NCBI GenBank assembly: GCA_963702205.1
Contig: OY969724.1
Span: 1,472,001-1,536,000 of the forward strand
Length of the DNA: 64,000 nucleotides
Direction: 5' to 3'
From: an uncultured candidate division Zixibacteria bacterium
GTDB lineage: Bacteria; Zixibacteria; MSB-5A5; GN15; PGXB01
Part shown: positions 1 through 10,477 of the stretch, piece by piece
Numbering within the stretch: position 1 is the first letter of the stretch
How the letters are laid out: each line of letters starts with the position of its first letter
Position numbers and translations under genes: made by a program
The notes under the pieces: model-generated
The model's database searches: none
The model's input: only the letters and a program-made list of their open reading frames with translations
Told to the model about the DNA's origin: nothing

Positions 1-170
1 GGCTGGGCGTGCTGATAACCGATCACAACGTCCGCGAGACGCTGTCGATATGTGATCGTGCGTATATTATGTGTGACGGAAAAATTCTCAAAGCCGGGAC
101 ATCGCAGTTTCTGGCCGAGGACCCGGAAGCGAGGAAAATATACCTCGGAGAAAAGTTTAAACTGAACTAA
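1..170 (+). CDS. lptB: LPS export ABC transporter ATP-binding protein, 3' end (truncated by window)
   Basis: Manual translation of frame 3 gives [23 protein letters not shown]...YLGEKFKLN*; lptB-rpoN-hpf is a conserved gene order. Confidence 0.92.
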   Translation, partial: LGVLITDHNVRETLSICDRAYIMCDGKILKAGTSQFLAEDPEARKIYLGEKFKLN

Positions 171-313
171 AGGCAATTTTGTGAACAGTTTCCGGCGTAT
201 GCCGGACAAAAAAGGGTCGTGGATAAAAGTGCGGTAAATTCGATGCCTGACCGCTCCGATAAGTACTAACATGGAACGGTGAGACGGCTTAATTCGCACT
301 TATGAGGTAATAA

Positions 314-1728
314 ATGAAGTTAGGTTTACAGCTCAGGCTCAAACAGACTCTGGCACCGCAGCTGATTCAGTCGCTGAAAATGCTCCAGATGCCGATATTG
401 CAGCTGGAACAGACGCTTCGCCACGAACTTCAGATAAATCCGCTCCTCGAAGAGGTCGATCCGGCTCTGGAGACAAACGACCAGCTCGAGGGCGACGTCG
501 AAATAGACCTCAAGGAAAACGACAAAGAAATCGACCCGCGTTTCGAAAAAATAGACTGGGAAAGCTATTTCTCGGACGAACTCGATGATACCTACCGGTC
601 GGTCAATACTTATGAAAGTCCGTCGGAGACCTACGAAAAGTCTCCCGTCATGCAGAAGACTCTCTACGATCACCTGTTCGAGCAGTTGATGTATTTGAAA
701 CTGTCTGAAGAAGAGCAGTTGATCGGTGAATACATCATCGGGAATATCTCGTCGCGCGGATACCTGGTGGTATCTCCGGAGGAGATGGCCGCCGAACTGA
801 AACTGCCGATCGAAAAAATCAGCGGTGTGATCGACAAGATCAAGCGGTTCGACCCGCCCGGAGTGGCCTCCCGCGACCTGCGCGAATCACTCCTGCTGCA
901 GCTCGAAGAAAAAGGATACAAAGACTCGATCGCCTATCGAATAGTCGATAAGTACATAAACGTCCTCGACCGCAAATCCATTCTTCAGATTTCACGCCTG
1001 ATGGGCATCCCGTTCGAAAAGGCCCAGCAGGCGATGGATTTGATCAAAACCCTGTCGCCGACGCCGTCGCACGGGCGGTTCGAATCGGGTGCGGCCCCGA
1101 TCATGCCCGATTTGATCGTGGAAAAAGTCGGCGAGGGGTATGTCATTCTCCACAACGACCGCTCGGCTCCCCGTCTGCGCATCAATCCCAACTATCGCCA
1201 GTTGATTCGCAAGAGTGAAGGCGCCAGCAACGACACCAAGAAGTACGTCCGCGAAAAGCTGGAGCAGGCGCGCTGGCTGTTGAATTCGATCAATCAGCGC
1301 CGCTCGACCATGATTCGTGTCATGGAGGCGATTGTCGAGGAGCAGCATGAATTTTTCGAGAAAGGGGCCGCCTTTTTGAAACCGCTCATAATGGAAGACA
1401 TCGCCCGCAAGGTCGAGATGAATGTCGCCACCATCAGCCGCGTCTCCAACGGGAAATATGTCCAGACCCCGCAGGGGGTGTACGAGATCAAGTATTTCTT
1501 CAACGCCGGCATCGCCAACGAGGACGGGGGGAGACGTCGAAAAGGCACGTCAAGAACCGGATCGAGGAAATTATCAAGGCCGAGGACCCGCAAAAACCGC
1601 TGTCTGACCAGGAAATATACCGCCGCCTGCAGGAAGAAGGCATCAAGCTGGCGCGGCGGACGGTTACCAAATACCGCGAGGAACTGAAAATTCTTCCCGC
1701 CCGCTTCCGCAAGCGCGTCGGGAATTAG
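314..1728 (+). CDS. rpoN: RNA polymerase sigma-54 factor, with one frameshift at the G-run near 1526-1531
   Basis: Region I (LAPQLIQSLKMLQ) and ATISRVSNGKY HTH; the other frame continues to PLSDQEI and the RpoN box ARRTVTKYRE, stop at 1726-1728. Confidence 0.95.
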
Positions 1729-2007
1729 ATTATATTTATGAAGTGTCGGAATTTGATAGGACTTGCCCGGCATACGAATTACATAGGAGGGATATATATT
1801 TTCGATGGATCGACCGGTTACCCCGTTTTTGCGGCATTTCCCAAATGCGAAATCTTTAAAATGTATCTCGGGTTTAATCTATTCGAACCTTTACGAACGG
1901 TAACAGGTTTAAGGAAATAAGAAGAGCCTTGAAAGGCAGGGGCGTGCGAGCCTTCTGTCGTTTTAAGGCAACCGGACAATATCGGATATCTGAAAGGAGT
2001 TGACCGT

Positions 2008-2367
2008 ATGAATATCGAAATTACCGCCCGCCATTTCGACCTGACTCCTGAGCTCAAGGAATACATCGAAAACGAGGTTACCGGCCTCACGCGCTATTTT
2101 GAAAACATCATTTCATCCGAAGTCATTCTCGACGTCGAGAAATATCGACAGTCAGCGGAAATAAAGGTCAAAGTTTATAACGCCTCATTGACCGGTAAGA
2201 GCGATACCGACGATATGTACGCCTCCATCGAGCAGTCGATCGACAAGGTTAAGACGCAGCTTAAGAAGTACAAGGAACGGTTGAAAGAAAAACGTCCGGA
2301 GAAAATCCAGGAGACGGTCGAGGAGATTACCCGTCCCGATACCGACGTCGACGCTCTGGATGTATGA
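2008..2367 (+). CDS. hpf: Ribosome hibernation promoting factor / RaiA
   Basis: MNIEITARH, DMYASIEQSIDKVKTQLKKYKE; follows rpoN. Confidence 0.92.
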   Translation: MNIEITARHFDLTPELKEYIENEVTGLTRYFENIISSEVILDVEKYRQSAEIKVKVYNASLTGKSDTDDMYASIEQSIDKVKTQLKKYKERLKEKRPEKIQETVEEITRPDTDVDALDV

Positions 2368-2398
2368 TCGTGTTGATCGAAGACTAGATATAAATTTC

Positions 2399-2425
2399 AA
2401 AAGCCCCGGAGATGGGGCTTTTTTT
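2399..2425 (+). terminator. Intrinsic terminator after hpf
   Basis: AAAAGCCCC-GGAGAT-GGGGCTTTTTTT. Confidence 0.85.
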
Positions 2426-2426
2426 A

Positions 2427-3185
2427 TTGGGTTTACAAAGACTGTCAGGTCACACTCCCGACTGCGTCGGGACCAGGACCTGACAGAACATATACTCGTG
2501 CGTTGTGATTGGCGGGTCCTCAGACCCGACTCCTGCCCGGTCGATCTGAGGATCGACCGGGCACAACGCTGGGAACTGTAATTCCCACGTTGTTTCTGTG
2601 CGCGGCACTTGTCCACAAGGGCCCGGGCGTTTGGTGTATGTACGGAAAAGGGGCAGACGAGGGCGTCTGCCGCCCACTAATTGGGTTTACAAAGACTGTC
2701 AGGTCACACTCCCGACTGCGTCGGGACCAGGACCTGACAGAACATATACTCGTACGTTGTGATCGGCGGGTCCTCAGACCCGCCGCCGACCCGGTCGATC
2801 TGAGGATCGACCGGGCACAACGCTGGGTTTGCTCAAATAGTTGCCGTAGGTCACGCCGACTTGCGGCGTGACTCTTCTGTGCGCGGCACTTGTCCACAAG
2901 TGCCCGAACGTTTGGTGTATGTACGGAAAAGGGGCAGACGAGGGCGTCTGCCGCCCACTATAAAAGGCGTGGGAAGTGTCATCGTACGTTGTGATTGGCG
3001 GGTCCTCAGACCCGCCGCCGACCCGGTCGATCTGAGGATCGGCCGGGCACAACGCTGGAAACTGTAATAGCTTAAGACGTCGAAACCTCCCTCGCTACGC
3101 TCGGGACCTTCGGCAGGGGTTTCGACCTACCAAAGATTAAAGTTGTGTCAGGTCATTCCCATTCTTATGGGTGAGACCTGACACA
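2427..3185. repeat. Mosaic of REP-like palindromes, with a ~254-bp unit starting at 2427 and 2681 and a partial third copy near 2983
   Basis: Repeated modules TGTCAGGTC..GACCTGACA, GGCGGGTCCTCAGACCCGCC, CCCGGTCGATCTGAGGATCGACCGGG, GGCACTTGTCCACAAGTGCC and GGCAGACGAGGGCGTCTGCC. Confidence 0.9.
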
Positions 3186-3255
3186 ATTAAAAGCGATTGA
3201 CATATCCCGGCTCCGAATTTTATTAAATACAACAAATCAGGAAAGGACTTCGATT

Positions 3256-3735
3256 ATGACAGATATCGAGATACTGAGACATGCGGTTGCGACGCTGGCG
3301 TACCGGGCCGCCAAGACGATGCGCGGCGCACCCGAATCGTTTGCGTCGTATAGTTCTGGGCCGTCGTCGAATACGCCGCTGGTGATTGTCGGACACATGG
3401 CTGATCTTATCGAGTGGGGGACGACAATAGCGCAGGGATCGCCAAAGTGGCACTATACGAAACCGGAATCGTGGGACGATGAGTGCAACCGGTTCTTCGC
3501 GGCGTTGGGAAAGTTCGACGATGCTCTTGCTTCAGCAAACGCTACTGAAAGTACAATAAAGACGATATTTCAGGGGCCGATTGCCGATGCGCTGACGCAT
3601 ACCGGTCAACTGGCGATGTTGCGGCGTTTGTCGGGCAATCCTATGAAGGGCGAAAGATACTCGAGGGCGGATATTGAGATTGGCCGGGTCGGTTCCGAGC
3701 AGACGCCGCCCAATCCGGGGAATGAGTTTGAGTGA
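3256..3735 (+). CDS. DinB/YfiT-like superfamily protein
   Basis: Spacing of IVGHMADL and DALTHTGQLAMLRR histidines is typical of the DinB fold. Confidence 0.7.
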   Translation: MTDIEILRHAVATLAYRAAKTMRGAPESFASYSSGPSSNTPLVIVGHMADLIEWGTTIAQGSPKWHYTKPESWDDECNRFFAALGKFDDALASANATESTIKTIFQGPIADALTHTGQLAMLRRLSGNPMKGERYSRADIEIGRVGSEQTPPNPGNEFE

Positions 3736-3956
3736 GCATATCAATAGGTCAAAGTCTTTGGTAGGTCAGGCTCACTTGCCGAAGGCCCTGAGTCTTACGA
3801 AGGGGGGCAGACATTTTTTGTTCGTCAATTGTCTACATGAAAAGAGCCAAGACGCGAGTCGGCCTACGAAGTCTGATTTTTATCCACCTGCCATATAATT
3901 AATGCCGTGGCTGGCCGGGCCTCGAACCAGTCTTAGCCATTTGACAATGCAGTTGC

Positions 3957-4697
3957 CTAATCAACACCGATGACATCGAGTTTCATTAAATCCAGTGCTT
4001 TTGTGTCGGCATCGATTATTGACATTGAAAGAACTACTCTGCCCGGTTTGTCATGCGCCGCAAGGCCATTGATCACCGCCGGGCTTTCTCCAGTTATGAA
4101 TATCCAGCCAGATTTTATAACGTCTTTTTCTGAATTCATAGAATAGTTGATATAAATGCCCATGAATTGGGTGCTTTTTGGCGTCTTCCCACAATCGCCT
4201 TTGCCCAACAAATCATAAAATTTTAATTTTGGCGGTATTTTTGGTATCCCGTGATAAACTTGAGGCGGAATAGGAATTGTATCCGGTATTGGTTTAATTT
4301 CATATGGAATTTTGCTGTCGTTTATAAAATTTGAAATTATTTTTAACAAGAGTCCGGTATGCAAATCAATAAAGACATTGTATTCTTTCGGATATTCAAT
4401 TCCCGGATATATATAATTATCTTCCGGACAAATTATAATATTCTTGAATTTTACGAGCCATGCCGAATCAGGTTTGTTGAACATCTCTATAATGGGGAAA
4501 CTTTCTTTACTAACATCTGCCTTTAATGCGGTAATATGCATTTCGGCGCGGTTAGAATCAGAAATAGTTTGAAAACCAGTATAATTAATGGCAGATATGA
4601 TTGCAGAATCGCTTGTAATTTCGCTGCCAAAAGAACAACCGGCGATAAGTGTGATTATAAAAAACCAGTTAATGGCATTGTATTTTATATGCTTCAT
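3957..4697 (-). CDS. Hypothetical lipoprotein, AT-rich
   Basis: 246-aa ORF with a lipobox-like LIAGC; visibly more AT-rich than its neighbours. Confidence 0.6.
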   Translation of the reverse strand: MKHIKYNAINWFFIITLIAGCSFGSEITSDSAIISAINYTGFQTISDSNRAEMHITALKADVSKESFPIIEMFNKPDSAWLVKFKNIIICPEDNYIYPGIEYPKEYNVFIDLHTGLLLKIISNFINDSKIPYEIKPIPDTIPIPPQVYHGIPKIPPKLKFYDLLGKGDCGKTPKSTQFMGIYINYSMNSEKDVIKSGWIFITGESPAVINGLAAHDKPGRVVLSMSIIDADTKALDLMKLDVIGVD

Positions 4698-5077
4698 GCT
4701 AAATATATTACCATAAGTTCAGGTCGAACCCCCATTTATTAACATTCCAAATTATATATAACTTCTCATGGCCAAAAAACAATCACAAAATCCAAATCAA
4801 TCTGTTGTTGTTTCTCTATGGAACCCGATTAATAGAGGCTATAATTTTGTCAACTTGTGAAATTTATTTGCTAGAATCGAGGGTGGTTATGGGGACGAAA
4901 AATAAAAAATGGTACGACCAAAGCCAATTCCCGGTAACCTGTACGGTTGTATTTAATTAACTGTGCCAAAACCGGTCGAAATTGGGGTGAAAAACAGGGT
5001 TGGAAATACAAGGTTGGTAGCGTTTTTGTTAGAGGGATTGAGTGCCATTTAAAGCGGAAAAAATGGCAATTTTTCTT

Positions 5078-5575
5078 GTAGGTCGAAACCCCCGCGGTTT
5101 CGACAATCTTTTTTCCACGGAAGTTGTCTTTTTACAATTTACAATGAAATTGGGGTCCAATGCGATGTTAATTGGTCATAGATGCAGAATGTTAATATTG
5201 GAACTTAGTCGATTGTCTAAGATATCGAAACCTCCCTCGCTACGCTCGGGACCTTCGGCGGGGGTTTCGACCTACCAGGACCACGAAAACCAATGTCGGG
5301 TTTCTCTCCCGACTGCGTCGGGATCGGAACCCGACCTACTATATAAAATTATTGCTACCATTGACCTCGGGCGGTGATTTCGTATATTGGCATCCGACCG
5401 GGATTGCCGGGACATGTGAGCGCTTGTGCGCTGTCGGGAACCCTTTCCCGACAGAAGGTTATGATTACGGGAAGAGCGTCAGGAAGGGGTTCCTGACGCC
5501 GCAGTAAGAAAGACTGGATTCCCGCCTACGCGGGAATGACATTTATCGCCTTTGGCGTACGGGGGAATGACATTT
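5078..5575. repeat. REP-like palindrome cluster (GTAG-footed REPs and a dRS3-like copy at 5513-5541)
   Basis: GTAGGTCGAAACC..GGTTTCGAC, GTCGGGTT..AACCCGACCTAC, GTCAGGAA..TTCCTGAC, ATTCCC-N8-GGGAAT. Confidence 0.85.
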
Positions 5576-5651
5576 GGGATTACCGGGGCGTTGGGATGCC
5601 GCCGGTCGTGAATTTGCAAAAAATATACTTACATAAACAACGGAGACGGAA

Positions 5652-6503
5652 ATGATTAAGAAAGTCGGGACGGTCGGATTCGGACAGATGGGCGGTGGAA
5701 TCGCTCAGGTGGCGGCAATGTCGGGATACACGGTAGTCAGCCGCGAAGTATCAGAGGAATTCATCGACAAGGGATTGAAATTCATCACCAAACTTCTGGA
5801 CAAGGGCATCGAAAAAGGCAAGATGGATCAGGCGCTCAAAGATAAAACTCTGGGAAATCTTAAAGGCACAACCAATCTTAAGGACCTCGCCGACTGCGAC
5901 ATAGTCATCGAAGCGGTTACCGAAGACATGGCGGCCAAGCGCGAAGTTTTCACCGAGCTGGATAAAATCTGCAAACCGGAGACGATTTTCGCGTCGAATA
6001 CGTCGTCGCTGCCGATCGGTGACTTGGCTACTTGTACCAAACGACCGGATAAATTTTTGGGGCTGCACTTCTTCAACCCGGTACCGATCATGAAACTGGT
6101 CGAAGTTGTGCGCACGCTGGACACGTCGGAGGAGACATACCAGATGGCGTTCGAGTTCGCCAAATCGGTGGGCAAGACGCCGGTCACGGCCAAGGATTCG
6201 CCCGGTTTCATTGCCAACGTGCTTTTGGTGCCGTACCTTCTCGACGCCATCCGTCAGTATCAAAACGGGCTGGCCTCGCGCGAGGATATCGACGACGCCA
6301 TGAAGCTGGGCTGCGGGCATCCGATGGGTCCGCTGACGCTGACCGATTTTATCGGGCTGGATACGATATTGTATATCGCGGATATTATGTTTGAGGAATT
6401 CAAAGACGACCATTACGGAGCGCCGCCGCTTTTGAGACGCATGGTCAACGCCGGGTATCTCGGCAAGAAGAGCGGACGCGGCTTTTATGATTACAATAAA
6501 TAA
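5652..6503 (+). CDS. hbd: 3-hydroxybutyryl-CoA dehydrogenase
   Basis: GFGQMGGG Rossmann motif, SNTSS, GLHFFNP, HPMGP. Confidence 0.92.
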   Translation: MIKKVGTVGFGQMGGGIAQVAAMSGYTVVSREVSEEFIDKGLKFITKLLDKGIEKGKMDQALKDKTLGNLKGTTNLKDLADCDIVIEAVTEDMAAKREVFTELDKICKPETIFASNTSSLPIGDLATCTKRPDKFLGLHFFNPVPIMKLVEVVRTLDTSEETYQMAFEFAKSVGKTPVTAKDSPGFIANVLLVPYLLDAIRQYQNGLASREDIDDAMKLGCGHPMGPLTLTDFIGLDTILYIADIMFEEFKDDHYGAPPLLRRMVNAGYLGKKSGRGFYDYNK

Positions 6504-6553
6504 TATTTCCGGATAGGGCGGACCCCGTCCGGTACATTTTGGGAGATATGACG

Positions 6554-7333
6554 ATGGATTTCAAACACATTCAAATCAAGCACGATGAAGGCATCGCGAC
6601 CATTACGATCAATCGAGAAAAGGCCCTCAACGCGCTTAACCACGAAGTAATCGAGGAGCTTCAGACCTTTTTCCGCAACCACTGGACCGACGACAGCCTG
6701 CGCGTGGTCATCATCACTGGTGCGGGAAAGGCGTTTGTGGCCGGGGCGGACATCAAGGAACTGGCCGAATGCGACGTGGTCTCGGCGACCAGAACGTCTT
6801 TGCTGGGACATCACCTGATGCGTTCGATAGAAAACTTCCCGTGCCCGGTGATCGCGGCGATCAACGGTTTCGCTCTCGGCGGTGGGTGCGAACTGGCGCT
6901 GGCGTGCGATATTCGTCTGGCGTCAGACAAAGCCAAGCTGGGTCAGCCGGAGATAAACCTGGGCATCATTCCCGGTTACGGCGGCACACAGAGGCTGACT
7001 CGGCTGGTGGGTCGCGGTAAAGCCAAACAGATGGCGCTCACCGGCGACATGATCACCGCAGAAGAGGCCAAGCGGATCGGCCTGGTCGAAGAAGTCTTTC
7101 CGGCGGAAGAGTTGATGGATAAGGCCATCGAGATGGCCAAAAAGATTGCCTCGAAGGCTCCTATCTCTGCCAAAGCGGTTAAGGAATGCATCAATCGTGG
7201 GCTGGACATGAACCTGTCGGCCGGATGTGATTTTGAAAAGAACATGTTCGGGCTGCTGTACGGAACCGAAGATACATATGAAGGGCTAAATGCCTTCATA
7301 GAAAAGCGATCTCCGGTGTTTAAGAATAAATAG
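6554..7333 (+). CDS. crt: Enoyl-CoA hydratase (crotonase)
   Basis: AFVAGADI, ALGGGCELA, GQPEINLGIIPGYGGTQRL; start chosen from SD spacing. Confidence 0.9.
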   Translation: MDFKHIQIKHDEGIATITINREKALNALNHEVIEELQTFFRNHWTDDSLRVVIITGAGKAFVAGADIKELAECDVVSATRTSLLGHHLMRSIENFPCPVIAAINGFALGGGCELALACDIRLASDKAKLGQPEINLGIIPGYGGTQRLTRLVGRGKAKQMALTGDMITAEEAKRIGLVEEVFPAEELMDKAIEMAKKIASKAPISAKAVKECINRGLDMNLSAGCDFEKNMFGLLYGTEDTYEGLNAFIEKRSPVFKNK

Positions 7334-7349
7334 TTGAGGCATTAATCCG

Positions 7350-7670
7350 ACCGTCAGGAAAGGATTCCTGACGGCGCGATGGGTTGTACTGCTCGAATGA
7401 AACTAACCCACCCGCTGGGTGGGCTACAAGATGGTTTTGGATGCGATATATCTCAATAGCGAGGATGGGTAAAAGCAGGGCAGAACCCTTTAGAGGTAAA
7501 AGTAGGGCAGAACCCTTTCGAAGACCCTGATCTTTTGAAGGGTAGCGGTTCTGCCAGTATACATTTTCAAGATGGCAGAACTGCTTCGCTTCGAGTTCTG
7601 CCACAAGAAATTTCTCACCCGTTGGGTGGGCAACAAGATGCTATCGAGACGGGGTTCTTGACGGCGCGTG
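7350..7670. repeat. REP cluster including the GTAGGGCAGAAC doublet (empty IS110 target at 7502-7513)
   Basis: 7502-7610 is nearly identical to the sequence flanking the IS110 at 21963-22075. Confidence 0.85.
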
Positions 7671-7705
7671 AATAGTACGGCAACAATCAACAATTCGGGG
7701 GAGTT

Positions 7706-9703
7706 GTGATATATTATTTCATCGCACTTGTTTTTATTTTCGGAAAGCACGACAGGCCGCACGGGCTGTTTTACGATGACGTCCAGTTGTACGACAACGT
7801 CGATTTCGACGAGGTGTATGAGGTTGATATCGAGAACGATACCCTGACCGTACCCTACGGGCAAATCGTGCTCGAACTCGGCAAGATGTACCTGGTCGGC
7901 TATGTCGACGACCGACCGATATCCGCCTATTATCAGGGCGACGGGGTAATAAAGTACTATCCGAAAAACGATATCGAAGCGCAGCAGATCAAGCGCTTCT
8001 ATCGCACCGATACCGTCGACGAAAAATTCAACGAAATCTACTTCGCCTTCCCCGAAGATTCCAAATTCCTTGAGCGCTACTACGATGCCGGGGATACGGT
8101 GAATATCGAGGGCCGGGTCAAGAATATGTACGGTGGTTTGAAAAAGGTTCCCAGTTCCGATTTTAAGTACGATCTTCCGGTCAACCTGTGCCGCGCATCG
8201 ATCGAAGAAAAGAACGACTTCCTCTGGATCAACGCCCGCCGCGAACGATACAGCAATACGATTTATTTTTATGACCCGTATTCGTATGAACAAATCCAGC
8301 TGTACAAGTACGCCTCGAATTTCAAAACGCCGCAATTGGTGTCATCGGTGACCGATCCGAAAGTCGAGCACACGCCCGTCGATACCCGGCTGATCGACCT
8401 GTTCGACTACGATATGAATATAAATATCCCGGCTATCGTAAAATCCGATATCGCCTGCACCATGACTTTCACGGTGATGGCCGAGAATCTTAGAGTTGTC
8501 CCCCTCAATTTCCCGGCCAAGTTCGACGTCGATTCCGTCGCCGGAGTCGTAGCCGATTCGCTGGAATTTATCAAGGACGATGGCCGGCGGGGAGTCTACG
8601 TTCGACTGGATAATTATTATCATAAGGGCGACATCGCGAGTGTCACGGTCTATTACAGGGCCGGCCTGTTTCGGCAGTACATCCAGTACGGCATAGTCCA
8701 GGATTATCTTACCCGTTGGTATCCATACAACGGCTTCCGGCAGTTGTCGACGTACCATTTGTGGTACACGATAGATCCGGGGACGACCTTTCTGTCGGTC
8801 GGGAAAATGGCCAAAGATACAATCATCGAAGGCAAACGTCACCTGGAGTTCGCCTCCGAAAAACCGCTGGCCTATGCCGGGTTCAATTACGGTGTTTTCG
8901 ACTCGACCGAAGTGCCTGACGCCCCGATCCCGATCACGGTGTATTCCTTGAAAAAAGACAATTCTCTTCTGTTCGGCAAAGGCGGAATTAACAACGTCGT
9001 GAAGGACGTCGGCGATGCCTACGGCTATTTTGAAAGTTTCCTCGGACCGGGGCCGACCGACCGTCTGGAGGTCGATCCGATGAACATGGATTTCGGGCAG
9101 AGCTCGGCCGGGCTGGTGCACCTGGCGGAAAACACATTTGATAGTAATGTCCCCGGCATTCACGACAAGTACCGCGCCCACGAAATAGCGCATCAGTGGT
9201 TCGGGCACGTGGTGCAGCCGCTGACCTATCACGACGTCTGGATATCCGAGGGAATTTCAGAGTATCTCGGCGCACTGTACGTAAGAAATGTCAAGAAAGA
9301 CGATAAAGCTTTCACTTTTATTCTGAAGGAGTGGAAGAAGCAGGTGACCAAGAAGGGCAATGTTCACGGCCTGCGGTCGATCGGATACCGGGCGGGAGCG
9401 ATCTGGCTGGGCTATCGCCTGATGGCCGATCCATCACCGGGCGATTATGAAACTCTGGTTTACTATAAGGCCGCCTTCATGATGTATCGGCTGCATAGAG
9501 CCCTGACCGATGCCAGCGGTGACGATTCCAAATTTTTCGAGCTGTTGTCGAGATTTGTGCGCGAAAACAGAGGCAAACTCGTATCAACTGATGATTTTAT
9601 TAATTACACCCGGCCATATTTGGGTGACAAAACAGACGACTTCTTCAAACACTGGCTTTATGACTGGAAGATTTCGGAAGACGATTTCGATCTCGATAAA
9701 TAA
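7706..9703 (+). CDS. M1-family (gluzincin) zinc aminopeptidase-like protein
   Basis: AHEIAHQWFG followed by WISEG (HEXXH-X18-E) and VYYKA; the GAMEN motif is degenerate. Confidence 0.82.
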   Translation: MIYYFIALVFIFGKHDRPHGLFYDDVQLYDNVDFDEVYEVDIENDTLTVPYGQIVLELGKMYLVGYVDDRPISAYYQGDGVIKYYPKNDIEAQQIKRFYRTDTVDEKFNEIYFAFPEDSKFLERYYDAGDTVNIEGRVKNMYGGLKKVPSSDFKYDLPVNLCRASIEEKNDFLWINARRERYSNTIYFYDPYSYEQIQLYKYASNFKTPQLVSSVTDPKVEHTPVDTRLIDLFDYDMNINIPAIVKSDIACTMTFTVMAENLRVVPLNFPAKFDVDSVAGVVADSLEFIKDDGRRGVYVRLDNYYHKGDIASVTVYYRAGLFRQYIQYGIVQDYLTRWYPYNGFRQLSTYHLWYTIDPGTTFLSVGKMAKDTIIEGKRHLEFASEKPLAYAGFNYGVFDSTEVPDAPIPITVYSLKKDNSLLFGKGGINNVVKDVGDAYGYFESFLGPGPTDRLEVDPMNMDFGQSSAGLVHLAENTFDSNVPGIHDKYRAHEIAHQWFGHVVQPLTYHDVWISEGISEYLGALYVRNVKKDDKAFTFILKEWKKQVTKKGNVHGLRSIGYRAGAIWLGYRLMADPSPGDYETLVYYKAAFMMYRLHRALTDASGDDSKFFELLSRFVRENRGKLVSTDDFINYTRPYLGDKTDDFFKHWLYDWKISEDDFDLDK

Positions 9704-10345
9704 ATGGACTCCCTGATTGCCATATTTTTCACATCGTTCATTGTCGGATTCTCCGGAGCGATGATGCCCGGTCCCTTGTTGGCGGTGACGGTCGCCGAGA
9801 CACCCCACAAGGGCTCCCATACGGGTTCGATACTCACCGGGGGACACGCCATTGCCGAAGTCGCGGTCGTGGTTCTGTTGTCGCTGGGACTGGCAGCGGT
9901 GATGGAAAGCAAGGCGGTCAAGGGCGGTATCGGCATTGTCGGCGGGGCCATGCTTATTTTTATGGGCATCGGGATGCTCTACAGCCTGATCCGGAATAAA
10001 CTGAAAGGAGAAGGCCGGACGCCGGTTGGCAAGAAAGGCGGGCGCCTGGTGCTGGACGGCATCATCACGTCGCTCTCGAATCCGTACTGGTTTGTCTGGT
10101 GGGCGACAACCGGCGCGGCGTTCCTGATCAAGTCGCTGGAGTTCGGATTTTTCGGCCCGGTCGTTTTTTATTTCGGACACATTTTATCCGACCTGGTCTG
10201 GTACACGGTGGTCAGCGTCCTGATCTGGAATGGGCGCAAGTTCTTCGCGGGCACGGGGTATAAAATCCTGATCGGAGCCTGCGGAATATTTTTGCTTTAT
10301 TTGGGGGGAGTATTTATTCACGACGGAATTTCCGGCACTATTTAG
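9704..10345 (+). CDS. LysE-family translocator
   Basis: GAMMPGP, SNPYW and hydrophobic helices. Confidence 0.85.
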   Translation: MDSLIAIFFTSFIVGFSGAMMPGPLLAVTVAETPHKGSHTGSILTGGHAIAEVAVVVLLSLGLAAVMESKAVKGGIGIVGGAMLIFMGIGMLYSLIRNKLKGEGRTPVGKKGGRLVLDGIITSLSNPYWFVWWATTGAAFLIKSLEFGFFGPVVFYFGHILSDLVWYTVVSVLIWNGRKFFAGTGYKILIGACGIFLLYLGGVFIHDGISGTI

Positions 10346-10477
10346 ATCTCTTGAGTGATCGTAATATCTTTGACGACAACGTATTGTAAATTGGCCGCAT
10401 TTTAATGTTGAATGCAGGGGAGGATTGTATTTTTATGGCAGTGCTTCAATTACCGACAATAGACGGTTTGTGAAATT

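Noticed and set aside
1935..1947. Sigma54 promoter before hpf
   Set aside because: GG to GC spacing is 9 nt rather than 10
2185..3067. Several 68-143 aa ORFs in the repeat mosaic
   Set aside because: They are translations of palindromic repeats on both strands, with no SD or protein-like motifs
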